Notes: generated by a model from the sequence alone, not told the origin. A stretch of DNA of 63,369 bases, filler included, from Octopus bimaculoides (GCF_001194135.2; 4 parts of 4 records of this genome joined end to end with filler, not necessarily neighbours in it), one strand, 5' to 3'; numbered from the whole stretch's first letter, positions 13,013-26,174 are shown. Made by a program: numbers and translations.

Positions 13013-13064
<52 letters not shown>

Positions 13065-13268
13065 ACACACACACACATGATGGACTTCTTTCAGTTTCCA
13101 TGTGCCAACTCCATTCACAAGGCTTTGGTCAGATTGAGGTTATAGTAGAAAAGACTTATCCAACGTGCCATGCAGTGAGACTGAACCCAGAAGCAAACTT
13201 CTCACCACATAGCGACGCCTGTACCTATATATATAACGTATAAATAATATGAAATAAATAATTTAAAA

Positions 13269-13607
13269 CAGAGGTTCTCAACCAGGGTCCATATGGCCCC
13301 TGAAAGTTCATATAAGAGTTTAAGGGATCCATGCAACAAAATAGTAAATTGGAGAACCACAAAAATATTTTAAGGGCCCCTGAAAAAATTTTGTTCTAGA
13401 TGTATGTGTTGGTAAGTATTTCAAGGAACAGCTAGGTTTCTTTCGCTAACATTTTACATAGTTCAACCTACACAAAACAAAATAGGAATTTTGAAAGAAA
13501 TTCCTATAAAACTAGTTTTTATACATCGAATGATTATGGGGGTCTACCAGAATAAAATAGTAATCAAAGGAGTCCATAGATAAAAAAAAAATGGTTGAGA
13601 ACCCCTG
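13269..13607. mobile_element. hAT (Charlie-like) MITE
   Basis: TIRs cagaggttctcaacc / ggttgagaacccctg; 8-bp TSD atttaaaa / gtttaaaa. Confidence 0.85.
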
Positions 13608-13623
13608 GTTTAAAAGGTATTAC

Positions 13624-13779
13624 CTGTGAGGGGCCATGAGCAGCCAATTTCTCCAATAACCCCACAATGTATTCCAGATGTGCCAACACCAGATATTATA
13701 TCATGTTCCATTATTGACGCCAGTTTCTCACTAGGGGTTTTACGAGTTTCATCACTGTGAGTTATGTCGACATAAAAAC
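13624..13779 (-). CDS. PTER: PTER coding exon
   Basis: tttacAG|GT TTT...ACA G|GTaata; 156 nt; (G)FYVDITHSDETRKTPSEKLASIMEHDIISGVGTSGIHCGVIGEIGCSWPLT, containing the GEIG metal-bridging Glu. Missed by the ORF track. Confidence 0.95.
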
Positions 13780-13992
13780 CTGTAAATTGAGATGAGGATT
13801 AAGAGATTAAGGGTAACTGTTGTAGCCATCAACAGATTTATGTGAGGGGTGTTTATATACTAATACATTCAAATGGATGTTAATATACAGGAGTCATACA
13901 TGATTACAGGTAGGTGGGTTTGTGTGTGTGTGTGTGTATTTACATCTAGATATGCATGTGCATGTGTGCGCGCACACACAAACACACACACT

Positions 13993-14203
13993 TGAGGGGT
14001 TGCTGAAAAGTTCCTGGCTTTGGGTAAAAGAAAATACAGGAGTTAATTATGATTTTATTTAACATATCCCCCTCTCAGATTCACACACTTATTGCAGCGA
14101 TCCTTCCGTTTTTCTAAACCCTGTAAAAGAACTCATAAAATTGAGCCTCCCCCTAGGCCTTTCATGATGCCCTTAAAGCCAGAAACTTTTAAGCACCCCC
14201 TCA
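13993..14203 (+). mobile_element. Tc1/mariner-like MITE (copy 1)
   Basis: TIRs gaggggttgctgaaaagttcctggcttt / aaagccagaaacttttaagcaccccctc; homologous copies at 44650 and 54439. Confidence 0.75.
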
Positions 14204-15432
14204 TGTATAGTTTATATATATATNNNNNNNNNNNNNNNNNNNNNNNNNNNNNNNNNNNNNNNNNNNNNNNNNNNNNNNNNNNNNNNNNNNNNNNNNNNNN
14301 NNNNNNNNNNNNNNNNNNNNNNNNNNNNNNNNNNNNNNNNNNNNNNNNNNNNNNNNNNNNNNNNNNNNNNNNNNNNNNNNNNNNNNNNNNNNNNNNNNNN
14401 NNNNNNNNNNNNNNNNNNNNNNNNNNNNNNNNNNNNNNNNNNNNNNNNNNNNNNNNNNNNNNNNNNNNNNNNNNNNNNNNNNNNNNNNNNNNNNNNNNNN
14501 NNNNNNNNNNNNNNNNNNNNNNNNNNNNNNNNNNNNNNNNNNNNNNNNNNNNNNNNNNNNNNNNNNNNNNNNNNNNNNNNNNNNNNNNNNNNNNNNNNNN
14601 NNNNNNNNNNNNNNNNNNNNNNNNNNNNNNNNNNNNNNNNNNNNNNNNNNNNNNNNNNNNNNNNNNNNNNNNNNNNNNNNNNNNNNNNNNNNNNNNNNNN
14701 NNNNNNNNNNNNNNNNNNNNNNNNNNNNNNNNNNNNNNNNNNNNNNNNNNNNNNNNNNNNNNNNNNNNNNNNNNNNNNNNNNNNNNNNNNNNNNNNNNNN
14801 NNNNNNNNNNNNNNNNNNNNNNNNNNNNNNNNNNNNNNNNNNNNNNNNNNNNNNNNNNNNNNNNNNNNNNNNNNNNNNNNNNNNNNNNNNNNNNNNNNNN
14901 NNNNNNNNNNNNNNNNNNNNNNNNNCTTTTACGTGCCACCGGCACGAAGGCCAGTCAGGCAGTACTGGCAACGGCCACGCTCAAAATGGTGTGTTTTATG
15001 TGCCACCCGCACAAGAGCCAGTCCAGGGGCACTGGCAACGATCTCGCTCGAAAGTCTTTACACGTGCCACCGGCACAAGTGCCAGAAAGGCAACGCTGGG
15101 CACAGGTGCCATCATGATTTCGCTTTCGCTTGCCCCAATAAGTCTTCACAAGCTGAGTTTCGTGTCCAATGAGGGAGACGACGTTGGCATGGGTGCCAGT
15201 CGTCGAATTTAGTTCGATTTCACTTGCCTCAACAAGTCTTCACAAGTGGAGTTTAGTGTCAAATTTAACTCGACATACATACAAACATATATATGTAGTC
15301 GTATATGTCTATTAATGTTAGCATGGATGTATTTATGTATGTATTGTGAGTATTTGAATGTGAAGATGTGTTTGTATGTACAAGTGCATGTGTGTATGTA
15401 TATGTGTATATATATGTATATGTGTGTGTGTG

Positions 15433-15479
<47 letters not shown>

Positions 15480-16910
15480 AGTGGCTTCCCTCCCCTCACA
15501 CATCCATGGCACTAACCATGCTCTTTGTATTTTTTCAACTCCTTCTCCTTCCCTTCTGGCTCCTCTAAATCGCCTCTTCACTCTTGATATCAAGAGTCTA
15601 TATACGGTGATCCCACACCATGAAAGACTTCTTGCCCTCAAACACTTCCTAGACCTTCAACCCAACCCCCAACCTGACACATCCACACTTCTGCATCTGG
15701 CCAAACTTGTTCTCTCCCTCAACTGCTTCTCGTTTTCAGGGGATTTTTACCAACAGTTCTCAAGAGTGGCTATGGGAATGAGAATGGGCCCCAACTATGC
15801 AAACCTGTTCATTGGCCACGTTGAGGCCCAAACATTTTCAAAATTCACTGGTCCCACTCTCAAACAATATGGTCATTATATTGATGACAGTATCGGTGTG
15901 ACCTCACTCTCGCACAAACAATGAGACTCCTTCCCCTCTTTTGTCCAATCCTTCCATCTTGCCCTCAAATTCTCCTGCACTATTTCCAACACTTCTGTCG
16001 CCATTCTCGACATTTCGGTCAACATACACAACTCCGCTCTCGCTACCTCCATCCGCTACAAACACACCAACTCACACTCATACCTCACCTTCTCCTCCTC
16101 CCACCCTATCCACACCAAACTCTCCACCTCCTACTCCCAGTTCCTCCGTCTGTGCAGGCCGTGCAGTGACAACCGTGACTTTGAGGCTCAGTCTCAACTC
16201 ATGGCTCACCACTTCATTCTTTGTGGATATCCCCTCACCACTACCCACACCGCCCTTGCCAGAGCACTTCCCATGGATCGTGCCTCTGCTCTCTACCCCT
16301 GCACCCACCCCACCATTACCCATCTCCTGTTCCCCTCACCTACCACCCCTCTACCCTGCCCCTCCAACGCACCATTCTCCGAGCCTTCTGGCGACTCCAG
16401 TCCGATCTCTCCACTTCGCACATCTTCCCCAACCTACCCCTTCCCTCCTTCAAATGAGCCCACAACCTATGTGATCTCCTGGTCCACAGTTTCTTCCCTA
16501 ACCTACCTCCCAACCTTGCTCATTCCCCTACTCCTGCCCATGCTGCTGCACTAACCCCTACCTCTCCAACACCACCATCCTCACAGTCATCATCATCCCT
16601 ATCATATCACTGACTCCTTTACCTGCACTTCTAGCAATGTCATTTACTGCATCTCCTGCTCTTTCTGTCCTTCTCTATACATTGGTCAAACAGGATGCCA
16701 CTTGGCTGACTGGTTCACGGAGCACATCCGAAACATTAGTCTCGGCAATGACAGCCTGGTCTCATGCCATTTCCACTCTACCGGTCATTCATTACAACAC
16801 CTGTCTGTGTTTGGATTGTCCTTGCACAGGGGCCATCCAGATTCCTGCCTTTGCCATGAGCAGGAATTAATTTTCTCTCTTCACTCCATTGCACCACATG
16901 GGTTCAACTC
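15480..16910 (+). mobile_element. Decayed Penelope-like retroelement (RT plus GIY-YIG endonuclease), 5'-truncated
   Basis: RT motifs LFTLDIKSLYTVIPH, FYQQFSRVAMGMRMGPNYANLF and HYIDD; thumb SHSYLTFSSSHP and YSQFLRLCR; from 16618 FTCTSSNVIYCISCSFCPSLYIGQTG...FTEH (GIY-YIG); frameshifted. Confidence 0.92.
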
Positions 16911-18281
16911 CCCTCCCCTCTTCATCTGCCTCCCCTCCTCTCCTCTCTTCATCTGACACCTACTTCTTCTCTTCACTTCCACCCACCTTCTCTCTTCATC
17001 TACACATCTCTCTCTCACTATTCATTGACACTCCTACTATTGCTCATGTAGGGGTGAGAGTAATAGGCATAGAGACGGTAGTAGATTGACCGTTGCAATG
17101 GTAATAGTATGAGCTGTAGTCGTGATAGAGACAGAGGCGATGGTGATGATGGTGGTGGTGGTGGTGGTAGCTGAAGCAGTCATGTACAGTGGTGATAGTA
17201 AGCAATGTGAAAGACAGTGGTAATGGTAGTGGTGGGGAAGGCAGCGAAGTCAAAGGTATTGATGGTGGTGGCGTGAGAAGTCTGAATGGTGTGCGTATTT
17301 CAGTTGTGGTGGTGATGGTGGTGGTTAGAGACAATCAACAGAGAGAGAGAGAGAGAAAGAAAGAAAGAGGTTAGACAGGAAAAAAATTGTACTGACCCCT
17401 GAATGAGAAGACAAAAAATGTTGTTTATCATGCAGCTTTGCATTAAGTTCCAACTCGACAAATTATATTGTTTTGATGAAAATTGTTCATTGTTTGGAAA
17501 ATATTGGTCAAGTTTAATAAAATTTTAATATGTACTCAATGCATGAAGTGTCATTGTTGGGCCCAAGATCCATTGAAGAGCCCTCCACAGGAGCTAGCTT
17601 TAAAGCTGCCTGATAGGGTAGCTTTTAAGCTAGTATATATATATATATANNNNNNNNNNNNNNNNNNNNNNNNNNNNNNNNNNNNNNNNNNNNNNNNNNN
17701 NNNNNNNNNNNNNNNNNNNNNNNNNNNNNNNNNNNNNNNNNNNNNNNNNNNNNNNNNNNNNNNNNNNNNNNNNNNNNNNNNNNNNNNNNNNNNNNNNNNN
17801 NNNNNNNNNNNNNNNNNNNNNNNNNNNNNNNNNNNNNNNNNNNNNNNNNNNNNNNNNNNNNNNNNNNNNNNNNNNNNNNNNNNNNNNNNNNNNNNNNNNN
17901 NNNNNNNNNNNNNNNNNNNNNNNNNNNNNNNNNNNNNNNNNNNNNNNNNNNNNNNNNNNNNNNNNNNNNNNNNNNNNNNNNNNNNNNNNNNNNNNNNNNN
18001 NNNNNNNNNNNNNNNNNNNNNNNNNNNNNNNNNNNNNNNNNNNNNNNNNNNNNNNNNNNNNNNNNNNNNNNNNNNNNNNNNNNNNNNNNNNNNNNNNNNN
18101 NNNNNNNNNNNNNNNNNNNNNNNNNNNNNNNNNNNNNNNNNNNNNNNNNNNNNNNNNNNNNNNNNNNNNNNNNNNNNNNNNNNNNNNNNNNNNNNNNNNN
18201 NNNNNNNNNNNNNNNNNNNNNNNNNNNNNNNNNNNNNNNNNNNNNNNNNNNNNNNNNNNNNNNNNNNNNNNNNNNNNNNNN

Positions 18282-18326
<45 letters not shown>

Positions 18327-18410
18327 GTGTGTATATGTATATATATGTACATATATCGTATGTGTATTTCGTGTGCAAGATTCTTGATGTGGATACGTGT
18401 GTTGAAAGAA

Positions 18411-18679
18411 ATACAATTAAACCTTGGGAGAGGCATTATGCCGGTAATAAACACACGCACTGGTTCAGTCCTTTATTAATTTATATAGTTTTTTGTTAAA
18501 TTATTTCATTGCACTCTTGCAATCTCTTCAAAATAAATGGAAGTGAAGAGACAAGTTACTGAAGAGATTGCAAGAGTGCAATGAAATAATTTAACAAAAA
18601 ACTATATAAATTAATAAAGGACTGAACCAGTGCGTGTGTTTATTACCGGCATAATGCCTCTCCCAAGGTTTAATTGTAT
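18411..18679. repeat. Perfect inverted repeat, 120-bp arms, 29-nt loop
   Basis: 18411-18530 is the exact reverse complement of 18560-18679 as read by eye. Confidence 0.9.
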
Positions 18680-18794
18680 GTACATATACTTATGTGTGGA
18701 TGTGTATTATGTACATGCATGTATGCGTCCTTTTACACGTGTGCATGTATGTGTGTGTGTATATATGTGTGTGTGTATGTTTGTATTATGTGTA

Positions 18795-18828
<34 letters not shown>

Positions 18829-19611
18829 CTTGTAAACATTTATATATATAGTTGGAATTTACAAGAAACAAAAGACGAAGACAGGTGTGTGCTTGTATGT
18901 AAATATGTAATATTAGTAAAAAATATATATGTTTATCTAAACACATGTGTGTATNNNNNNNNNNNNNNNNNNNNNNNNNNNNNNNNNNNNNNNNNNNNNN
19001 NNNNNNNNNNNNNNNNNNNNNNNNNNNNNNNNNNNNNNNNNNNNNNNNNNNNNNNNNNNNNNNNNNNNNNNNNNNNNNNNNNNNNNNNNNNNNNNNNNNN
19101 NNNNNNNNNNNNNNNNNNNNNNNNNNNNNNNNNNNNNNNNNNNNNNNNNNNNNNNNNNNNNNNNNNNNNNNNNNNNNNNNNNNNNNNNNNNNNNNNNNNN
19201 NNNNNNNNNNNNNNNNNNNNNNNNNNNNNNNNNNNNNNNNNNNNNNNNNNNNNNNNNNNNNNNNNNNNNNNNNNNNNNNNNNNNNNNNNNNNNNNNNNNN
19301 NNNNNNNNNNNNNNNNNNNNNNNNNNNNNNNNNNNNNNNNNNNNNNNNNNNNNNNNNNNNNNNNNNNNNNNNNNNNNNNNNNNNNNNNNNNNNNNNNNNN
19401 NNNNNNNNNNNNNNNNNNNNNNNNNNNNNNNNNNNNNNNNNNNNNTGACTCCCTTTTCTATTTTTCCTTATCTCCCCCTTTCTTAGCTCTCCTGAAAAAA
19501 GAATTTCTAACTTCCGGTCAGCCATTGTTATGATCGGCCATTATTATGATTGACCGTTGACTGAACACTATTCAATTTTTTTACTCCGTGTTTTTCTCCT
19601 TGTCTCTGTAT

Positions 19612-19648
19612 TCTTTCTGTTGAAGAGCGTAGCTCGAAACGTCAAAGA
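19612..19648 (+). ncRNA. Minimal type I hammerhead-like motif in a repeat (about 19447-19740)
   Basis: tcttt CTGTTGA a gagc gta gctc GAAA C GTC aaaga: 5-bp stem I, 4-bp stem II, palindromic ACGU stem III, GUC site. The core has A6U plus an extra A. Decayed copy at about 5377-5490. Confidence 0.6.
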
Positions 19649-19738
19649 CTTTCCGTATTCCCGAGCGTCATACTAATATATCCTTTTGTTATTTACACCA
19701 CCTGTCCTCGTCTGTTGTTATTTTTTGTATATTCTCCC

Positions 19739-19783
<45 letters not shown>

Positions 19784-20573
19784 ATGAATTAGAAGCAGTG
19801 CTAATGTTGTAAATATTATCAACTCAGTGTATGTGTTTTTACTTGTTTGCTACAGTATAGTGCATTGGGGACGACTCCCTCATAGCATCATCATCATCAT
19901 CATCGTTTAACGTCTGCTTTCCATGCTGGCATGGGTTGGATGGTTTGACTGGGGGTTGGCAAGCCAGAAGGCTGTATCAGTGGGTATCAAAATACCTGAA
20001 AGTCATAGACACATGAGACATCTCATCCCCAATCCCATTCAGGAGTGATGGATATAGATATTTCACCATTTTGGTGGTTTATCAGCATCATGTACCTGAA
20101 TCAAACCAGGGATGAACTCTTATACAAAGAAGAGTCGAATGCATTTATGGCTTGTGCGTGCGTGTGTGTGTGTGTGTGTGTGCGTGTGTGCATGCGTGCG
20201 TGTGTGTCTAAGTATGTGTAAGTGTGAACTTCTCTTTGTAAGGCAACAACTTTGGTCATGTGTTTGTTCAGTCAACTGAACTGGAACTTATTTCATCAAC
20301 CCAAAAAGTATGTAAGGCAAAGTTGACCTCAGTGAAATTTGAACTCAGGACAGAATGCCACTAAGCATTTTCTCCAGCATACTAACAATTCTGTCAGTTC
20401 ACCATCTTGAATGGTAAAAAGCTCTAATAAGGATGGAAAATGAAACAGAAACACATAAATGAGAAACAAACAACAACATCAAAAAATGCTGTGCCATTCA
20501 TTATAGGCATCTGACACGATTTTTAAAAAAAAGAGAGAGAGAGAGAAACTAAAGCCATGTATAAGTATGTTAC

Positions 20574-20685
20574 CTGTGCCTGCAATGATATTCACACCTG
20601 ACTGTTCAGAGACTTTCTTCAGGAATTCAACATTTGGATTTAATCCAATCACAGTGTTGTCTACAATAGATGATCCACCATTTGC
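20574..20685 (-). CDS. PTER: PTER coding exon
   Basis: ttcttcAG|GCA...ACA G|GTaaca; 112 nt; ANGGSSIVDNTVIGLNPNVEFLKKVSEQSGVNIIAGT(G), matching PTER ANGGGALVENTT...IISGAG. Confidence 0.95.
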
Positions 20686-20708
20686 CTGAAGAACAGATTT
20701 CATATATG

Positions 20709-21559
20709 GAGAAAAACAACGGATTTTAAATCTCTGAGTGAGAGATTATACAGTAACAGTACCAAACAGTAATATTTATATGCTAACAGAATGTGGCAGT
20801 CCTATAAAGGATGGTGTTACTGTCATTATAGCCCCAGGAAAACTTCTTTTCCAGTTGGCTATCGACAGATAGTTTGTGTCCATACAGCATTTGCAAGGGA
20901 TGTCATCACTCCCATTTCTAGCCTTATGTGATACTCACAGCCCCAGGTTTCTAGGTGGTTACCTGTCCTCAGTGTAAGACAATCACAGGCTAGTGACAAA
21001 AGCTTTCTCCACTCACAATATTTTTTAAGCGATAAACAGTCACTGATCTTGTAGAGAGAAAAACAACTTGTTTTAAATCTTAGAATGAGAGATATACAGT
21101 AACAGTACCAAATAGTAATGTTTATATCCTAACAGAATGTGGCAGTCCTATAAAGGATGGTGTTACTGTTGGTATAGCCCCAGAAAAAAACATCAGTAAC
21201 ATCATCCTTTACAGGGCTGCCACATTCTGTTGGCATATAAACATTACTATTTGGTACTGTTACTGTATATCTCTCTCAAGTTGTTTTTCTCTATACGAGT
21301 TCAACGACTGTGTGTCGCATAAAAAATATATAGCATTTGCAATTGGAGAATGCTTTTGTCACTAGCCAGTGATTGTCTCACAATGAAACCCTGGGCTGTG
21401 AGTATCATGTAAGGCTAGAGATAGGAGTGATGACCTCCCTTGTGAATGCTATACGGACACAAACTGTGTGTTGATAGCCAGCTGGAAAAGAAGTTTTCCT
21501 GGGGCTATAACAACAGTAACATCGTCCTTTATAGGACTGACACATTCTGTTGGCATATA
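20709..21559. repeat. 347-bp tandem unit folded back into a large imperfect palindrome
   Basis: Unit starts at 20709 and 21056; 21194-21559 is the reverse complement of about 20776-21172; runs into a gap. Confidence 0.85.
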
Positions 21560-24107
21560 NNNNNNNNNNNNNNNNNNNNNNNNNNNNNNNNNNNNNNNNN
21601 NNNNNNNNNNNNNNNNNNNNNNNNNNNNNNNNNNNNNNNNNNNNNNNNNNNNNNNNNNNNNNNNNNNNNNNNNNNNNNNNNNNNNNNNNNNNNNNNNNNN
21701 NNNNNNNNNNNNNNNNNNNNNNNNNNNNNNNNNNNNNNNNNNNNNNNNNNNNNNNNNNNNNNNNNNNNNNNNNNNNNNNNNNNNNNNNNNNNNNNNNNNN
21801 NNNNNNNNNNNNNNNNNNNNNNNNNNNNNNNNNNNNNNNNNNNNNNNNNNNNNNNNNNNNNNNNNNNNNNNNNNNNNNNNNNNNNNNNNNNNNNNNNNNN
21901 NNNNNNNNNNNNNNNNNNNNNNNNNNNNNNNNNNNNNNNNNNNNNNNNNNNNNNNNNNNNNNNNNNNNNNNNNNNNNNNNNNNNNNNNNNNNNNNNNNNN
22001 NNNNNNNNNNNNNNNNNNNNNNNNNNNNNNNNNNNNNNNNNNNNNNNNNNNNNNNNNNNNNNNNNNNNNNNNNNNNNNNNNNNNNNNNNNNNNNNNNNNN
22101 NNNNNNNNNNNNNNNNNNNNNNNNNNNNNNNNNNNNNNNNNNNNNNNNNNNNNNNNNNNNNNNNNNNNNNNNNNNNNNNNNNNNNNNNNNNNNNNNNNNN
22201 NNNNNNNNNNNNNNNNNNNNNNNNNNNNNNNNNNNNNNNNNNNNNNNNNNNNNNGTGTACCCATTGAAACTAGCAAATTCATTATAAATATTAACCTTAC
22301 TCATTAATTTAATCACAAATCATAATGGGAAGCTTTTGTTATACCCATTCTTGAAATTTGATGGCAGGTGTCCTGAAATAACACTGCACACCCCACAACA
22401 TATTGTATCATAACATGGTACCATGTGTATCGTAGGATAATAGGAGAATAACAAAAAATTAATGGTGAAGAGTGTGTGACAGCTTTGACAGCACAGCCGC
22501 ATGTTCGTTTTCACGGTGAGAAGTTGTATGTTTAAATTAATTTAAAATTCCTGAACTAAAACTAATTTTTTTTACAATAACTTTTTCTTACAATGTCATC
22601 ATATAACTTTGATCTTAATTTGTTTTCAAAACTAATTAATACACTTTTAGAAATCAGAAACAAAACTTAAGTCAGGTCTAATTCTGGCACTGTTAGTGCA
22701 CTAAACACTACAAGTTTGGTTAGTGTCAGCAGTTTTGTCTTTCAATGTGAAAGGTTGTGCATTAATACTTTGCTCAGTGATTTTTTCTAGCTGTGTGCTT
22801 ATGCATTTTAATTAAAATTTAATTAGTGCTGATTTTAAACATCTGTTCACATTTTGAATAGAAATACACAGCTTGTATGCCTAATTTGAGTAATACTAAT
22901 ATTGGTGTAGTATGGTGAATGTGGCAGCACACCCAATGACAACCACCACCATAAGCCACTTATGTGTGTGTGTGAGTGTATACATATGTGTCTATATATA
23001 TATGTATGTATATTGGTTTCAAATTCTGGCACAAGGCTAGTAAATTCGAGGGAAGAGGTAAGTTGATTACATCAACCCCAGTGATCAACTGGTACTTATT
23101 TTATCAACTCCGAAAGGATGAAAGGCAAAGTTGACCTCAGTGGAATTTGAGCTCAGAACATGAAGACAGATGAAATGCTGCCAAGCATTTTGCCCAGCAT
23201 GCTAATGATTCTGCTTAACGATTCTGCAAGCTCACCACCTTAATAATCTTTTATTCTTTTACCTGCTTCAGTCATTTGACTGCGGCCATAGTGGAGCACC
23301 GCCTTAAAGGGTTTTAGCCAAACAAATCAACCCCAGGACTCATTCATTTTAAGCCTAGTACTTATTCTATCAGTCTCTTTTGCTGAACCGCTAAGTTACA
23401 GGGACATAAATACATCAGCACTGGTTTGTCAAACGATGGTGGTGGACAAACATAGACACACACACAGAAACACAAATACACACACACACACACACACACA
23501 TGATGGGCTTCTTTCAGTTTTCGCCTACCAAATCCACTCACAAGGCTTTGGTTGGTCTGAGGCTATAATAGGTGCCACCCGGGACCATGTGGTTGGGAAG
23601 CAAGCTTCTTATCACATAGCCATGCCTGTACCTATATATTAGTGATAGTATGATCTAAAAAGATCTCTGTCCAGGAAGTTGATAAGCATCAAGCATGTAC
23701 ACGACTTGTATACCAGACTAAAAGAGGATTATACATGATCAACAAAGTTTATGAATTGTCGTATGTTATATACTTCATCCCATATTGTGACAGATGGAAA
23801 TTAAAGTAAGATGGCTGCCATTGTACAACTTGAAATTTAGCAATTAAAAGTGTTAATTATGCAAATATAGATCAAAGAGTGTATAGAATAGAAAAGCTAA
23901 GTGAAGACTACATATATTTCCAATCTATGCTTAACATGTAGCATATAAAGATAGGAGCAGGCGTGGCTGTGTGGTAAGAAGCTTGCTTACCAGCCACATG
24001 GTTCCAGGTTCAGTCCCACTGTGTGGCACCTTAGGTAAATGTCTTCTACTTTGAGTCAACCAAAGCCTTGTGAGTGGATTTGGTAGACAGAAAACTGAAA
24101 GAAGCCC

Positions 24108-24141
<34 letters not shown>

Positions 24142-25500
24142 TGTGTGTTTGTGTATGTCCACCCCAGCACCACTGCTTGACAACCAATGTTGGTATGTTT
24201 ACGTCCTTGTAACTTAGCAGTTTGGCAAAAAAGACTGATACAATGAATACTTGGCTTACAAAGAATAAGTCCCAGGGTCAATTTGTTTGACTAAAACCCC
24301 CTTAAGGTGATGCTCTAGCGTGGCCACAGTCAAATGACCAAAACAAGTAAGGGAATGAAAGAAAATATCATTAACCTTTTGCTCAGGTCTAATTACCATC
24401 AGTCGCTTGCATCATTGCAAGACTAAAAGTGAATGTGTTTTAACATAGGAATGAATATGTAAAAGCAGCCAGCACACTCTGTAATGTGGTTGGCATTAGG
24501 AAAGGCATTCAGCTGTAGAAACCATACCAAATCAGGCTGGAATCTGGTGCAGCTCCTCAGCTTTCCAACTCTGATCAAACCATCCAACCCATGCCAGCAT
24601 GGACAATGGACATTGAATGATTATCATGATGATATTGTGCTGAGATAATGATTTTATTAACGAATGAAAAATATTGCCATAATTCCAAGATGAAATGTAA
24701 AATAGTAAACTGTAATTCCAGTTGTCCATGATGTAAATGAATGATAGGTAGTCGATCGGTGTCCAATGATAAAAAAAGTCTGTGTTCTCAGTGATGAGAG
24801 CACATGTGACTCTACAGTCCAAAGCTGGAAGCACACTGGCACCCACAAATGTCACAGCAATAATCAGTTGACTGGGTTGAAGCAGATGTTCCCTCTGACG
24901 TCTTTCTCTTGCAGCATTGAGACACTGCTGCCAGTCCTCTTCGAATAAATGAATAAAACTACTAAAATAAGCAGCCAGAGGTGGAAAAGAATAAATTCAT
25001 AAAATGAGTCAATGTATAAAAAATGTCACCTGATAGAGTCAATAAAGTGTCACGCTGACTGGATGAATAAGGCAAAAGTTAAATGATAAATGATGTGGGA
25101 GTAGGAAAATGTGACATGATCGGATGAATAAAATAAACAGCTAATAAACAATGTTTTGTGTCAAGACAATTGAAGTTGCCTCAGAATGATTCATTGATTT
25201 AGCCACAGAAAAAATGCTTGGTGGAAGTAGCCAGATGAAATGGCTGATGGGATTCATGGTCATCAGGCAAACATTTGAGAGGAAAAAGGGGCAGGCTGTG
25301 TTTATAGATGACAATTAACTAAGAGAGAAAGAATATGGGTATCTTTTTTGTATATCTTTTACTTGTTTCCGTCATTAGACTGCGACCATGCTGGGGCACT
25401 GCCTTGAAGAATTTTTAGTCAAATGAATCGATTCCAGTACTTTGTGTTTTAAAAACCTGGTACTTTTGCCGAAACAGCATGTGTGTGTGTGTGTGCGTGT

Positions 25501-25580
<80 letters not shown>

Positions 25581-25779
25581 ATGTGAAGAAGAAGCTTAGA
25601 TTACTTTGTCAAATGTAAAGTTTATTTATTCACATTATTTTGAATCAAACTTGATTTGGGAATTTGATGATGTGATTGTTTATTTTTTGTATGACATAGA
25701 GTTAGAAGTTAGAAGTTAGAACTGACTGACTTGAGCATAAAGCAGACTAGAGTATTTGGGCCAGATATGGTCAATTTAA

Positions 25780-26001
25780 CCCTTTAAGCATTTAAACCAG
25801 CCATATCTGGCCTGAATATTCAACCTGTTTTGTGTTCAAATCAGCTAGATTCTGACCTCTCCCACCTACCATACAATCTCATTTTAAAAATAAGCAGGCA
25901 GAACATCAGAATCTCAGAACAGCAAGATAATGCTTGGTTAATTCAAAACAATATGACTAAATAAGCATTATATTTAACAGAGTAATCTGAATGCTAAAGG
26001 G
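25780..26001. mobile_element. piggyBac-like MITE
   Basis: ttaa|ccctttaagcattta ... tgaatgctaaaggg; TTAA on the left, decayed on the right; a partial inverted copy abuts at about 25730-25772. Confidence 0.6.
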
Positions 26002-26101
26002 TTCCTGCAGAGAACCAGTGATCAGCTCATTAGACTCCTGGAATTAGCAATGCTATTGTTCACAAACTGTGATATATAATAATGTTGAAGTCATAGTTTA
26101 C

Positions 26102-26174
26102 CTTGTAATATTTCATTTCCTCGATAACAGCCTCTGACTCATCAACGATTGATAAATTCGGTTTGTGGTAGTAC
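26102..26174 (-). CDS. PTER: PTER internal coding exon (most 5' exon found)
   Basis: ttccttAG|g TAC...AAG|GTaaac; 73 nt; encodes YYHKPNLSIVDESEAVIEEMKYYK, aligning to vertebrate PTER AYSHKENLQLNQETEAIKEELLYFK (from memory). Phase 0 join to the next exon. Missed by the ORF track. Confidence 0.9.
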
